From: Coleofasciculus sp. B1-GNL1-01
GTDB taxonomy: Bacteria > Cyanobacteriota > Cyanobacteriia > Cyanobacteriales > Coleofasciculaceae
Direction: 5' to 3' (one strand)
DNA length: 38,537 nucleotides
NCBI GenBank assembly: GCA_040220235.1
Contig: JAVJTO010000022.1
In this document: piece after piece, positions 29,356-38,140 of the stretch
Layout: each line of letters starts with the position of its first letter
How positions within the stretch are numbered: position 1 is the stretch's first letter
Translations under genes and position numbers: made by a program
Notes under the pieces: model-generated
What the model was told of the DNA's origin: nothing
Seen by the model: the letters and a program-made list of their open reading frames with translations, nothing else
Database searches by the model: none

Positions 29356-31596
29356 ATGATCAATAAACCCATAATTAAACCCTATTTTCATAGTGAAATT
29401 CTCGATTCCACCGTATTTTTAATCTCAGAACACGAATCCTTTGCCCTCAGCGGACAGCTTTACACCCAATTAGTCCCCTTACTCACCGGACAACCCGTTG
29501 ACGATATTATTGAACAACTCCAAAACACCGCATCAGCAGCGGACATTTACTATGCCCTCATGTTAATGGAACAAAAAGGGTATATTGTCGAAGCCCAGGA
29601 TCACATCTCATCCGAAATCGCCGCTTTTCTGGCAACCTTACCCGTTAATCCAATCTCAGCATGGCATCGCTTACAAACCACAACCGTATCGGTGCAATCC
29701 TTGGCAATCTATTCCCTTCCAGACATCAAAACTCACCTGGAATCCCTTTCCCTAAACCTGGGCAAAGACGGTGATTTAACCCTGGTTGTCACCGATGACT
29801 ATTTACGCCCAGAACTCGCCGACATTAACCGCCACGCTTGGCAAAACCAACAGCCTTGGCTATTAATCAAACCCATCGGGACAACGATTTGGTTAGGACC
29901 CCTATTTCTACCTGGAAAAACTGGATGTTGGCACTGTTTAGCGCAACGGTTACGCACCAATCGCCCAGTGGAAACTTATATCCAAAACCAAAACCCCAAG
30001 GCATCAATTTTTCCCATCGCCAAAGCCGCCCTCCCCTCCACCTGGCAAACTGGATTAAATCTGGCGGCGACGGAACTAATTAAATGGATTGTCCAAGGCG
30101 AAAATCCCCAAGTTACTGGACAGATTATTACCGTCGATACCCTATCCCTAAACACCGAAACCCATACGTTAGTTCAACGTCCTCAATGTCCCGGCTGTGG
30201 CAATCCGCAACAGTTTAACCAAACTCCATCTCCTATCTATCTCAACAGTCAAAGGAAAACATTTACCCATGATGGCGGACACCGTTCTGTCTCACCGGAA
30301 GCCACGCTGAAAAAATACCAGCATCATGTGAGTCCGATTACGGGGGTGGTGCATACATTACACCCGAAAAAACTGACAGACAATGGGGTGATTCACAGCT
30401 ATTATGCGGGACACAACTTTGCCATGATGTTCGATCCCCTCTACTTTTTGCGGCAAACCGTGCGCGGGAAAAGTGGCGGGAAAGGGAAAACTGATAGTCA
30501 GGCAAAAGCGAGTGCCTTGTGTGAAGCGATTGAACGCTATTGTGGCATATTTCAAGGGGATGAGATTCGCCAAAGGGGATGTTATCAGGAGTTAGGCGAT
30601 CGGGCGATTCATCCGAATGACTGTATGCTTTATAGTGAAGCGCAGTATGAGAATCGTCAGCAGATAAATGAGCAATCGACGCCAAGTCAACAGGTTCCTG
30701 AACCCTTTGATCCGCAACAGGAATTAGACTGGACGCCTGTTTGGTCATTAACCCATCAACGGTTTAAATATATTCCCACGGCTTATTGTTATTACGGTTA
30801 TCCTAGAGCAAAAAATCCCTATTGTTGGGCAAATTCTAATGGCGCGGCGGCGGGAAATACGGTAGAAGAGGCAATTTTGCAAGGGTTTATGGAGTTAGTT
30901 GAACGGGATGGGGTGGCGTTGTGGTGGTATAATCGGGTGCAGCGTCCAGGGGTCGATTTAGCCAGTTTTGATGACCCGTATTTAGCGGAGGTGGTTGAGT
31001 ATTATCGCTCAATTCATCGGCAGATGTGGGTGATTGATATGACCACGGATTTGAATGTGCCGACGTTTACGGCGATTTCTCGACGAGTTGATCGGGAGAT
31101 TGAAGATATTGTCTTTGGTTTCGGCGCTCATTTTGACCCGAAAATTGCGCTATTACGGGCGATAACGGAGATGAATCAAGTGCTTCCGGCTGTGTTATCG
31201 ATGGCGGATGATGGGACAACGGAGTATCGTTTTAATGATCCGGTGGCGTTAGATTGGTGGCAAAGGGCGACGATTGCCAATCAGCCCTATCTGGTGCCTG
31301 ATTCTAAGGTGAAGATGAAGGGTTATAGTGATTATTCCCGGATGGGAAGGGATGATTTGGCGGACGATGTCAGGAGTTGTGTTAATATTGCTGGAAAACA
31401 GGGCTTGGAGGTGTTAGTTTTAGATCAGACTCGTCCGGATATTGGTTTGCCTGTGGTTAAGGTGATTGTGCCGGGATTGCGTCATTTTTGGCGGCGATTG
31501 GCGTTTGGACGGTTGTATGATGTTCCGGTAAAATTGGGCTGGTTGTCTCAACCGTTGCTGGAGTCTCAGCTTAATCCGATTCCTATGTTTTTGTGA
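29356..31596 (+). CDS. Fused RRE / E1-like / YcaO cyclodehydratase (PatD/TruD-like TOMM heterocyclase)
   Basis: VVTDDYL; WLGPLFLPGKTGCWHCL; RPQCPGC; DGGHR; GKGKTDSQAKASALCEAIERY; SNGAAAGNTVEEAILQGFMELVERD; RAITEMNQ; VKVIVPGLRHFW; Pro-containing C-terminus NPIPMFL. Confidence 0.95.
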   Translation: MINKPIIKPYFHSEILDSTVFLISEHESFALSGQLYTQLVPLLTGQPVDDIIEQLQNTASAADIYYALMLMEQKGYIVEAQDHISSEIAAFLATLPVNPISAWHRLQTTTVSVQSLAIYSLPDIKTHLESLSLNLGKDGDLTLVVTDDYLRPELADINRHAWQNQQPWLLIKPIGTTIWLGPLFLPGKTGCWHCLAQRLRTNRPVETYIQNQNPKASIFPIAKAALPSTWQTGLNLAATELIKWIVQGENPQVTGQIITVDTLSLNTETHTLVQRPQCPGCGNPQQFNQTPSPIYLNSQRKTFTHDGGHRSVSPEATLKKYQHHVSPITGVVHTLHPKKLTDNGVIHSYYAGHNFAMMFDPLYFLRQTVRGKSGGKGKTDSQAKASALCEAIERYCGIFQGDEIRQRGCYQELGDRAIHPNDCMLYSEAQYENRQQINEQSTPSQQVPEPFDPQQELDWTPVWSLTHQRFKYIPTAYCYYGYPRAKNPYCWANSNGAAAGNTVEEAILQGFMELVERDGVALWWYNRVQRPGVDLASFDDPYLAEVVEYYRSIHRQMWVIDMTTDLNVPTFTAISRRVDREIEDIVFGFGAHFDPKIALLRAITEMNQVLPAVLSMADDGTTEYRFNDPVALDWWQRATIANQPYLVPDSKVKMKGYSDYSRMGRDDLADDVRSCVNIAGKQGLEVLVLDQTRPDIGLPVVKVIVPGLRHFWRRLAFGRLYDVPVKLGWLSQPLLESQLNPIPMFL

Positions 31597-31629
31597 TTTG
31601 CTGTGATTCTTGTGGGGGCGTATAGACTT

Positions 31630-31800
31630 CATTGGTGTCAACTTAAGGTAAAAAACATTGCTGACAAGCTTTTCACCTAATCCCTTCTCTATCCCCCCTA
31701 CCCCCCACCTATCTGGAACACCGCTTTCTTCTTGCTCCCCTCTCCCCTGGTGGGAGAGGGGCTGGGGGTGAGGGGGTTTCAGCCCAAGTTGACACCAATG
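31630..31800. mobile_element. 171-bp MITE with perfect 15-bp terminal inverted repeats
   Basis: CATTGGTGTCAACTT (31630-31644) / AAGTTGACACCAATG (31786-31800), with an internal CCCCTCTCCC...GGGAGAGGGG hairpin. Confidence 0.88.
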
Positions 31801-31909
31801 ATAGAGGTGCGCCTAACTGAATTGATTAAGCGTTTGTGGTGGGGGTAGGAACGTTGAACCGGCGCTAAAGCGCAACTACAAGCGCAATTACGAACCCGAT
31901 TAATGCTTT

Positions 31910-33346
31910 ATGTCACTTCCTTTTATTCTGTCTTTTCGTAAGGATATTACTGTAACTGAAGAGTCGCGCGATCGCATGGTGATTCAGTCAACCCGTGTTA
32001 AGGGTAATTTGCCTCAGTATACGCTGAATCTGGATCAGGTATCGCCGGGATTATTCAGTGCGATAAATAGTTTATCGACAGCCGGGGGGACAGAGGAGAA
32101 TCTCAGTGATAGTGTTCTCCAATGTGATGGGTTTGAGAGATTGGCAACGTTTTATTATTATCTGAATCAGTTTATTCAGTTAGGGTGGATTTGTCATACG
32201 GTGGTTGGGGATGGGTTTCCTATCGCTACGCGAGTTCCGATTTATCCATTGAAACGGTTTCAGGTTCAATCGGCGACAGTTGAACAACGCTATAGTCTCT
32301 CGCGTTTTGCTTATTGCCATAAACAGGACAATCAGTTAATCATAGAATCTCCTTTATCCCACACCAAAGTTATTTTAGCCGATTGGCGCGGCGCGGCACT
32401 GGTTTCTGAATTGGCGCAACCGAGAACGGCGGAGGAATTGTGTCAAACGATACCTGGATTGACGCCAGAAACGGTACAATTATTCTTCAGTTTGCTATTG
32501 AGTAGCCAAATGCTAGGTGCTGTGCAGGATAATGGCACGATTGAGGAGGATGAGAGTCATTCGCTACTATCCTGGGAGTTTCACGATTTGCTGTTTCACG
32601 CCAGAAGCCGTAAGGGGAGACATAGTAATGATTCTGGGAAAACGTTCCGCTTCTTGGATAAGATTCCCCAGCCTCCGATGGTTCAACCTAGGATGTCCGA
32701 TGAGATTATTGAACTGTATCAGCCGGATATCGAGAAACTTAAAGCGGAGGATTATTCCTTCACTTGGGTACTGGAGGAGAGGAAATCGATTCGGAGTTAT
32801 AGCGATAAGCCGATAACCGTGAAGCAACTGGGGGAATTTCTGTACCGATGCACTCGGAATAAGCGAATTACGGCGAAGGATTATGGGGAATGCACCCACA
32901 GACCTTATGCCAATAGTGGTGGTCGATATGAGTTAGAATTGTATGCGATCGCGAATACCTGTGATAATCTAGACTCTGGAGTTTATCATTATCGTCCCGA
33001 ATCTCATCAGCTTTGTCGATTGACGGGCAGGAATGAGAATGCGGAGGCGCTGTTAGAAGAGGCATATTTTGCAACTGGCAAAGCTTGTACAGCCCAGATT
33101 TTGTTAGTATTTGCAGCCCGGTTCCAACGAATGGCTTGGGTTTACGAATCTGCTGCTTACTCTCTCATCCTCAAAGATGTCGGTTCCTTAATGCAAACGA
33201 TGTATCTGGTAGCAACAGCGATGAATCTGGCACCTTGCGCGATCGGCTGTGGCAATTCTGATTTATTTGCGGCGACGGTGGGAACGGATTATTATCGGGA
33301 AACTTCAGTCGGAGAGTTTATTCTGGGTAACCCATCTGTCGATTAG
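31910..33346 (+). CDS. SagB/ThcOx-family FMN-dependent azoline dehydrogenase-like protein with N-terminal peptide-clamp domains
   Basis: LSRFAY...IESPL; WEFHDLLFHARSRKGRH; RKSIRSY; QLGEFLYR; YELELY; GVYHYRP; LILKDVGSLMQTMYLVATAMNLAPCAIGCG; ETSVGEFILG. Confidence 0.93.
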   Translation: MSLPFILSFRKDITVTEESRDRMVIQSTRVKGNLPQYTLNLDQVSPGLFSAINSLSTAGGTEENLSDSVLQCDGFERLATFYYYLNQFIQLGWICHTVVGDGFPIATRVPIYPLKRFQVQSATVEQRYSLSRFAYCHKQDNQLIIESPLSHTKVILADWRGAALVSELAQPRTAEELCQTIPGLTPETVQLFFSLLLSSQMLGAVQDNGTIEEDESHSLLSWEFHDLLFHARSRKGRHSNDSGKTFRFLDKIPQPPMVQPRMSDEIIELYQPDIEKLKAEDYSFTWVLEERKSIRSYSDKPITVKQLGEFLYRCTRNKRITAKDYGECTHRPYANSGGRYELELYAIANTCDNLDSGVYHYRPESHQLCRLTGRNENAEALLEEAYFATGKACTAQILLVFAARFQRMAWVYESAAYSLILKDVGSLMQTMYLVATAMNLAPCAIGCGNSDLFAATVGTDYYRETSVGEFILGNPSVD

Positions 33347-33388
33347 CCGAATGATGCAATATAGACTGATTTAATTTCTCAGACCCTC

Positions 33389-33417
33389 TTGCATCGATCA
33401 AATAAGCATTGTATATT
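33389..33417 (+). promoter_or_regulatory. Putative sigma70-type promoter of the precursor gene
   Basis: TTGCAT (33389-33394), a 17-bp spacer, then TATATT (33412-33417). Downstream is RBS AGGAG at 33562-33566. Confidence 0.5.
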
Positions 33418-33573
33418 AATATAACTATAACTTGGCGTAGCAGATATCAGTGAAGTCCCTAGTTAGATAGAAAGTTAGACTAACCAGACTTTATCCAGAT
33501 TGCCTGCCATTTGCGCTGAGTTGACTATCATTAAATCCCTTAACTAGATTCTTGGAAGAATAGGAGAAAAACA

Positions 33574-33930
33574 ATGTCAGTTTTGGTAAAGAATAATCCA
33601 GACACTCAAAAGATTTTGTCCAAAATCGTTGCTCAGACATGGGTAGACGAAGAGTTTAAATCGCAATTTCTCTCGAATACAAATCCTGTTTTAGAAGAGA
33701 ACGGGTTAACGATTCCCAGTGGTGTAGAGTTCCAAGTGATTAACAACACCTTAGTGGGAACAATGACTACTAAAGTTCCTGGTCAGGACGGTAATGTAGT
33801 TTGTGAAATTCCTCTCCCCTCCAAGCCGATGGGACTTACAGACCAACCGATACAATCTTGGAGTAACGGAAATAATTTTGACTCTCCTGTCTCTGACTGT
33901 GAGGAAGGAGACTGTAAAATTACCTACTGA
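33574..33930 (+). CDS. NHLP (nitrile hydratase-like leader) RiPP precursor peptide
   Basis: KIVAQTWVDEEFKSQFLSN...VLEENGLTIPSGVEFQV...IPLPSKP...LTDQ is the NHLP leader pattern. It has a Cys/Ser/Thr-containing C-terminal tail, a strong RBS, and sits next to YcaO and dehydrogenase genes. Confidence 0.88.
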   Translation: MSVLVKNNPDTQKILSKIVAQTWVDEEFKSQFLSNTNPVLEENGLTIPSGVEFQVINNTLVGTMTTKVPGQDGNVVCEIPLPSKPMGLTDQPIQSWSNGNNFDSPVSDCEEGDCKITY

Positions 33931-34059
33931 GCCTTTTTATGCACACAATGAAAGTACTATTTGCTTGAACAAAGTTTAATGATTTTCATTCTGCTAAAGT
34001 AGTATAAAAACCCCTTATACTGCTAAAAATAATATTGTTTACTTAAACTTATTAAGTAT

Positions 34060-37000
34060 ATGGGCTTAATTATACTTTTTTATTTGCCCAATCTGTGCTT
34101 AGAAATAATCCGTACATCCCTAATATTTTTTAAGACTGTATTGCTGATAATAATACTGGCAATCTTAATAATTTTGAGTCTCCCAGCCAATGCGTATGCT
34201 GTAGAATCTAAATTAAAGTTTGAACACATAACAGTTAAAGATGGATTGTCTCAAAGTGGCGTTGCAACTATTATCCAAGACAATCAAGGAATGATGTGGT
34301 TTGGTACACAAGATGGGCTAAATAAATATGACGGATATAACTTTACAGTATATAAACGCAAGGAAGATAGCTCCATATCGTTGTCTGATAACTTTATATT
34401 ATCACTTTATGAAGATCACTTAGGAACAATCTGGATTGGCACTGAGAACGGAGGACTAAACGAATTTGATCGTACAACAGAGAAGTTTACTCACTACATT
34501 CATGACTCTCATAATCTAAAAAGCATAAGCAGTAACTATGTCTCGTCAATCTATGAAGATAGTTGGGGTAAACTCTGGGTTGGTACAGGTGGTGGGGGAC
34601 TCAATCAGTTTAATCGGGAAACTCACCAATTTACTCATTACACACACAACCCTGATGACTCCAATAGTTTAAGTAATAATACTGTCTTATCAATTTATGA
34701 AGATAGTTGGGGTAAACTCTGGGTTGGCACAGATGGTGGGGGACTTAATCAGTTTAATCGGGAAACAGGGCAATTTATTCATTACACTCATAACCCTAAT
34801 GACTCCAATAGTTTAAGTAATAATACTGTAAGTTCGATCATTGAAGACCGCTTCGGTAATCTGTGGCTGGCAACCAGTAGCTGGCAGGTGAATTCCTACG
34901 GTACAGCACTTGATAAATTTGAGCCTAAAATAGAAAAATTCACCCATTACACGCATGATCCAGCTAATCCAAATAGCTTGAGTGACAATATAGTCGGTTA
35001 TATCTTTAGGGGCAATTCAGAAATACTTTGGTTTGGCACTGGTTTCAGTGGCATTGATAAGTTAGACACAAAAGAGCGAAAATTTGTTGATTACAAACAT
35101 GATCCTGCTATCCAACAAAGCTTAATTGACAATCATATCTCGTCAATCTATGACAGCGGCTCAGGCTTGGTATGGATTGGTACTTACAATAAAGGATTAG
35201 ATAAGTTTGATCGTGAAACTGAACAATTTACTTCCTATACTCATAACTCAGATAAACAAAATAGTTTGAGTAGTGACAACATTTGGTCAATTTATGAAGA
35301 TCATTCAAGCATAGTCTGGATTGGGACAGGGGGTGGAGGATTAAACAAGTTTGATCAAAAAACTGGACAATTTACTTATTACACTAACGATAAGGATAAT
35401 CCCCATAGCTTAAACGATGACTATATTTGGTCAATTTATGAAGACCATTTTGGTGTGTTATGGATTGGTACATTTCATGGTGGACTGAATAAATTCGATC
35501 GTGAAACAGAACGGTTTACCCATTACAAGTACGATCCGAATGATCCATACAGTTTAAGTGATAACAATATATTTTTTATCTATGAAGATTATGAAAATAT
35601 ACTGTGGATTGGTACCGTAAATGGTGGACTCAACAAATTTGACCGCGAAACTGAAAAATTTACCCGCTACACCCATAATCCCAATAATCCCAATAGCCTA
35701 AGCTATGACCGAGTATTGTCAATCAATGAATACCCAGCCGGGACACTCTGGATTGGCACCTACGGCGGCGGATTGAATAAATTTGATATCGCCACCGAAA
35801 CCTTTACCCATTACACCGAAAATGACGGTTTACCCAGCAATTCCGTTGTCGGTATCCTCGCAGATGATAATGGAAATCTCTGGCTAAGTACAGGTAATGG
35901 CTTATCCAAATTTAACCCCGAAGCGGAAACCTTTAGAAACTACGATGTCGGTGATGGACTTCAGGGAAACGAGTTCGATGGCGTGAAAGCCTACGCCAAA
36001 ACCAAAGATGGCGCGATGTTATTTGGCGGACTCAATGGCTTCAACTTATTTTATCCCGACCAAGTTAAAGACAATCCTCATATTCCCCCCATTGTCATCA
36101 CCGATTTTAGAATCTTTGATAAAAGCGTCCAACTCAACCCCGCCATCTCCGTTGCCAAGGAGATTAAATTATCCTACAAAGACGACTTCTTTAGCTTTAA
36201 ATTTGCCGCCCTTGACTATACCAATCCGGAAAAAAACCAATACGCCTACAAACTCGAAGGATTTGATCACGATTGGATTTACTCCGGAACTCGACGCTAC
36301 GCCAGTTATACAAACCTCGACCCCGGAACGTACACGTTTCGAGTTAAAGGGTCTAATAATGACGGAGTTTGGAATGAAGAAGGCACATCTCTGACGATTA
36401 CGATTATCCCGCCCCCCTGGAAAACAGGCTGGGCTTATACCCTTTATGGGATTGCCATATTCGGCGCTATTTATGGCTATGTCCAATGGAAAACGTTCGC
36501 CCAAGTCAGAGAAAATAGTTTACTACGTGCTAGTGAGAGAAAGCTGAATCAAATCTTAGACGCCATTCCCGTCGGCATTACAGTATTTGATAAATTGATC
36601 CAACCCGTATTTTTTAACACAGCAGCCTTTAAACTATTGGGCGTAGAACGGCTCACTGATGCTCCCATTACGGACTATTCTGATCTTTATCAATTCTATA
36701 TTGCGGGAACGGATCAGTTATATCCCCCAGAAAACTATCCAGTTTGTCGGGCGTTACGGGGAGAAAAAGTTAAAGTTGATGATTTGGAAATCCGCAACAA
36801 TGGCAAGAAAGGCTTATGGGAGATTTTAGCGACTCCTATTTATGATGAACAAGGCGATATTATCTATAGCGTCGCTGCTTTTCAAGATATTATCCATCGC
36901 AAACAGCTAGAAGCCGAACGCCAGCAGTTTACTGAAGCCCTACAACAAACGAATGAACAACTGCAAGCTATTTTAAATACGGTACCCGGTTGTGTGGCTT

Positions 37001-37932
37001 GGATTAATGCAGACGGACGATATCTCAGCGTTAATCAACATACAGCGAATATGTGGGGCTTGTCTGCCAGCGATTTTCTTGGTCAAAAAATTGGCTTTCG
37101 CAACAATAGCTCGGAGTATATTCATTTTATACACCAGTTCTTGGCAAACTCAGAACTTACCGCCTCTCAGGTGGTTGATTTCAAAATAAAGGATTCGATT
37201 CGCAATTATTTGATTATCGCGCAAAAGTATAAACAAGGTCAGGCAGCGGTTTTAGTCGGAATTGACATTACTGAGCAAAAGCAAGCTGAAGCGGAACTGC
37301 AAACCTCTTTGCGGGAAAAAATCGTCCTGCTGAAAGAAGTTCACCATCGGGTCAAAAATAACTTACAAATTATTTCTAGTCTCCTGGATCTTCAGTCCCA
37401 GACATTAACCGATCCCCAAGTTTTGGATATTTTCCAACAAAGTGCGAATCGGGTTAAGTCTATGGCGTTGATTCACAACCAACTGTATCAATCTACCTGT
37501 CTAGAAAAGATTGACTTTGCCGATTATCTCGAAGCCTTAGCCTCCTATCTATTCCAGTCTTATGGCGTGAATCGAAATTTGATTGACTTGAAAATTGACG
37601 TTGAACCGATTTCTCTCAACCTAGACACGGCGATTCCCTGTGGCTTATTGCTAAATGAGTTACTGTCCAATGCCTTAAAATATGCCTTTCCGGAATCCCG
37701 TCCAGGTGTGATTACCATCAAACTGACATCCGAGTGCGATCGCAGACTGACGCTCACGGTTCAAGATAACGGAATTGGCTTACCTAAAGGGTTTGAGCCG
37801 GAGAATCCCAAGACATTGGGATTTCAGTTAATCCAGGCTTTAACTGAACAGTTGGAGGGAGAATTGGACATCAAGCCAGATCAAGGAACCCAATTCACAA
37901 TTCGGTTTTTTGAGGTCATGAATCATTCCTAG
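34060..37932 (+). CDS. Periplasmic beta-propeller (Reg_prop) / Y_Y_Y - TM - PAS - PAS - HisKA_2 sensor histidine kinase
   Basis: Signal-like N-terminus (ANAYA); 13 countable SIYED..G.LW.GT..GL..FD blades; Y_Y_Y (YAYKLEGFD...ASYTNLDPGTYTFRVKG); PPPWKTGWAY TM; two PAS; EVHHRVKNNLQ; NELLSNALKYAF; DNGIG. Confidence 0.93.
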   Translation: MGLIILFYLPNLCLEIIRTSLIFFKTVLLIIILAILIILSLPANAYAVESKLKFEHITVKDGLSQSGVATIIQDNQGMMWFGTQDGLNKYDGYNFTVYKRKEDSSISLSDNFILSLYEDHLGTIWIGTENGGLNEFDRTTEKFTHYIHDSHNLKSISSNYVSSIYEDSWGKLWVGTGGGGLNQFNRETHQFTHYTHNPDDSNSLSNNTVLSIYEDSWGKLWVGTDGGGLNQFNRETGQFIHYTHNPNDSNSLSNNTVSSIIEDRFGNLWLATSSWQVNSYGTALDKFEPKIEKFTHYTHDPANPNSLSDNIVGYIFRGNSEILWFGTGFSGIDKLDTKERKFVDYKHDPAIQQSLIDNHISSIYDSGSGLVWIGTYNKGLDKFDRETEQFTSYTHNSDKQNSLSSDNIWSIYEDHSSIVWIGTGGGGLNKFDQKTGQFTYYTNDKDNPHSLNDDYIWSIYEDHFGVLWIGTFHGGLNKFDRETERFTHYKYDPNDPYSLSDNNIFFIYEDYENILWIGTVNGGLNKFDRETEKFTRYTHNPNNPNSLSYDRVLSINEYPAGTLWIGTYGGGLNKFDIATETFTHYTENDGLPSNSVVGILADDNGNLWLSTGNGLSKFNPEAETFRNYDVGDGLQGNEFDGVKAYAKTKDGAMLFGGLNGFNLFYPDQVKDNPHIPPIVITDFRIFDKSVQLNPAISVAKEIKLSYKDDFFSFKFAALDYTNPEKNQYAYKLEGFDHDWIYSGTRRYASYTNLDPGTYTFRVKGSNNDGVWNEEGTSLTITIIPPPWKTGWAYTLYGIAIFGAIYGYVQWKTFAQVRENSLLRASERKLNQILDAIPVGITVFDKLIQPVFFNTAAFKLLGVERLTDAPITDYSDLYQFYIAGTDQLYPPENYPVCRALRGEKVKVDDLEIRNNGKKGLWEILATPIYDEQGDIIYSVAAFQDIIHRKQLEAERQQFTEALQQTNEQLQAILNTVPGCVAWINADGRYLSVNQHTANMWGLSASDFLGQKIGFRNNSSEYIHFIHQFLANSELTASQVVDFKIKDSIRNYLIIAQKYKQGQAAVLVGIDITEQKQAEAELQTSLREKIVLLKEVHHRVKNNLQIISSLLDLQSQTLTDPQVLDIFQQSANRVKSMALIHNQLYQSTCLEKIDFADYLEALASYLFQSYGVNRNLIDLKIDVEPISLNLDTAIPCGLLLNELLSNALKYAFPESRPGVITIKLTSECDRRLTLTVQDNGIGLPKGFEPENPKTLGFQLIQALTEQLEGELDIKPDQGTQFTIRFFEVMNHS

Positions 37933-37941
37933 TGGCGGTTC

Positions 37942-37976
37942 CCTCCCCTTGTCAAGGGGAGGGTTAGAGAGGGGTC
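37942..37976. repeat. CCTCCCCTT...AAGGGGAGG hairpin repeat, possible terminator of the kinase gene
   Basis: CCCTCCCCTTG-T-CAAGGGGAGGG followed by TTAGAGAGGGGT, 10 bp after the stop. Similar in architecture to the hairpin inside the 31630 MITE. Confidence 0.55.
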
Positions 37977-38140
37977 AGATAAGGTATTGGAGATGTAGCT
38001 TGGAAGGTGATCCCCTTTGCACACGGCGATTGAAATCGCTGCGACCTCAGGGGGTGACAAACTAGCTGAAGTGTTGAGCCATCCTGCTTTTAGCCCATTT
38101 CTTCTTGTTACAGATAGGGTCAAATATAGCAGTTGTATCT

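Noticed and set aside
29356..33930. Classical cyanobactin (pat/tru) cluster
   Set aside because: No PatA/PatG proteases or PatB/C/F, and the precursor lacks the LAELSEE leader and AYD recognition sequences.
33951..34030. AAAGTAsTAT and CTGCTAAA direct repeats as an operator upstream of the sensor kinase
   Set aside because: Short matches in very AT-rich DNA that cannot be distinguished from chance by eye.
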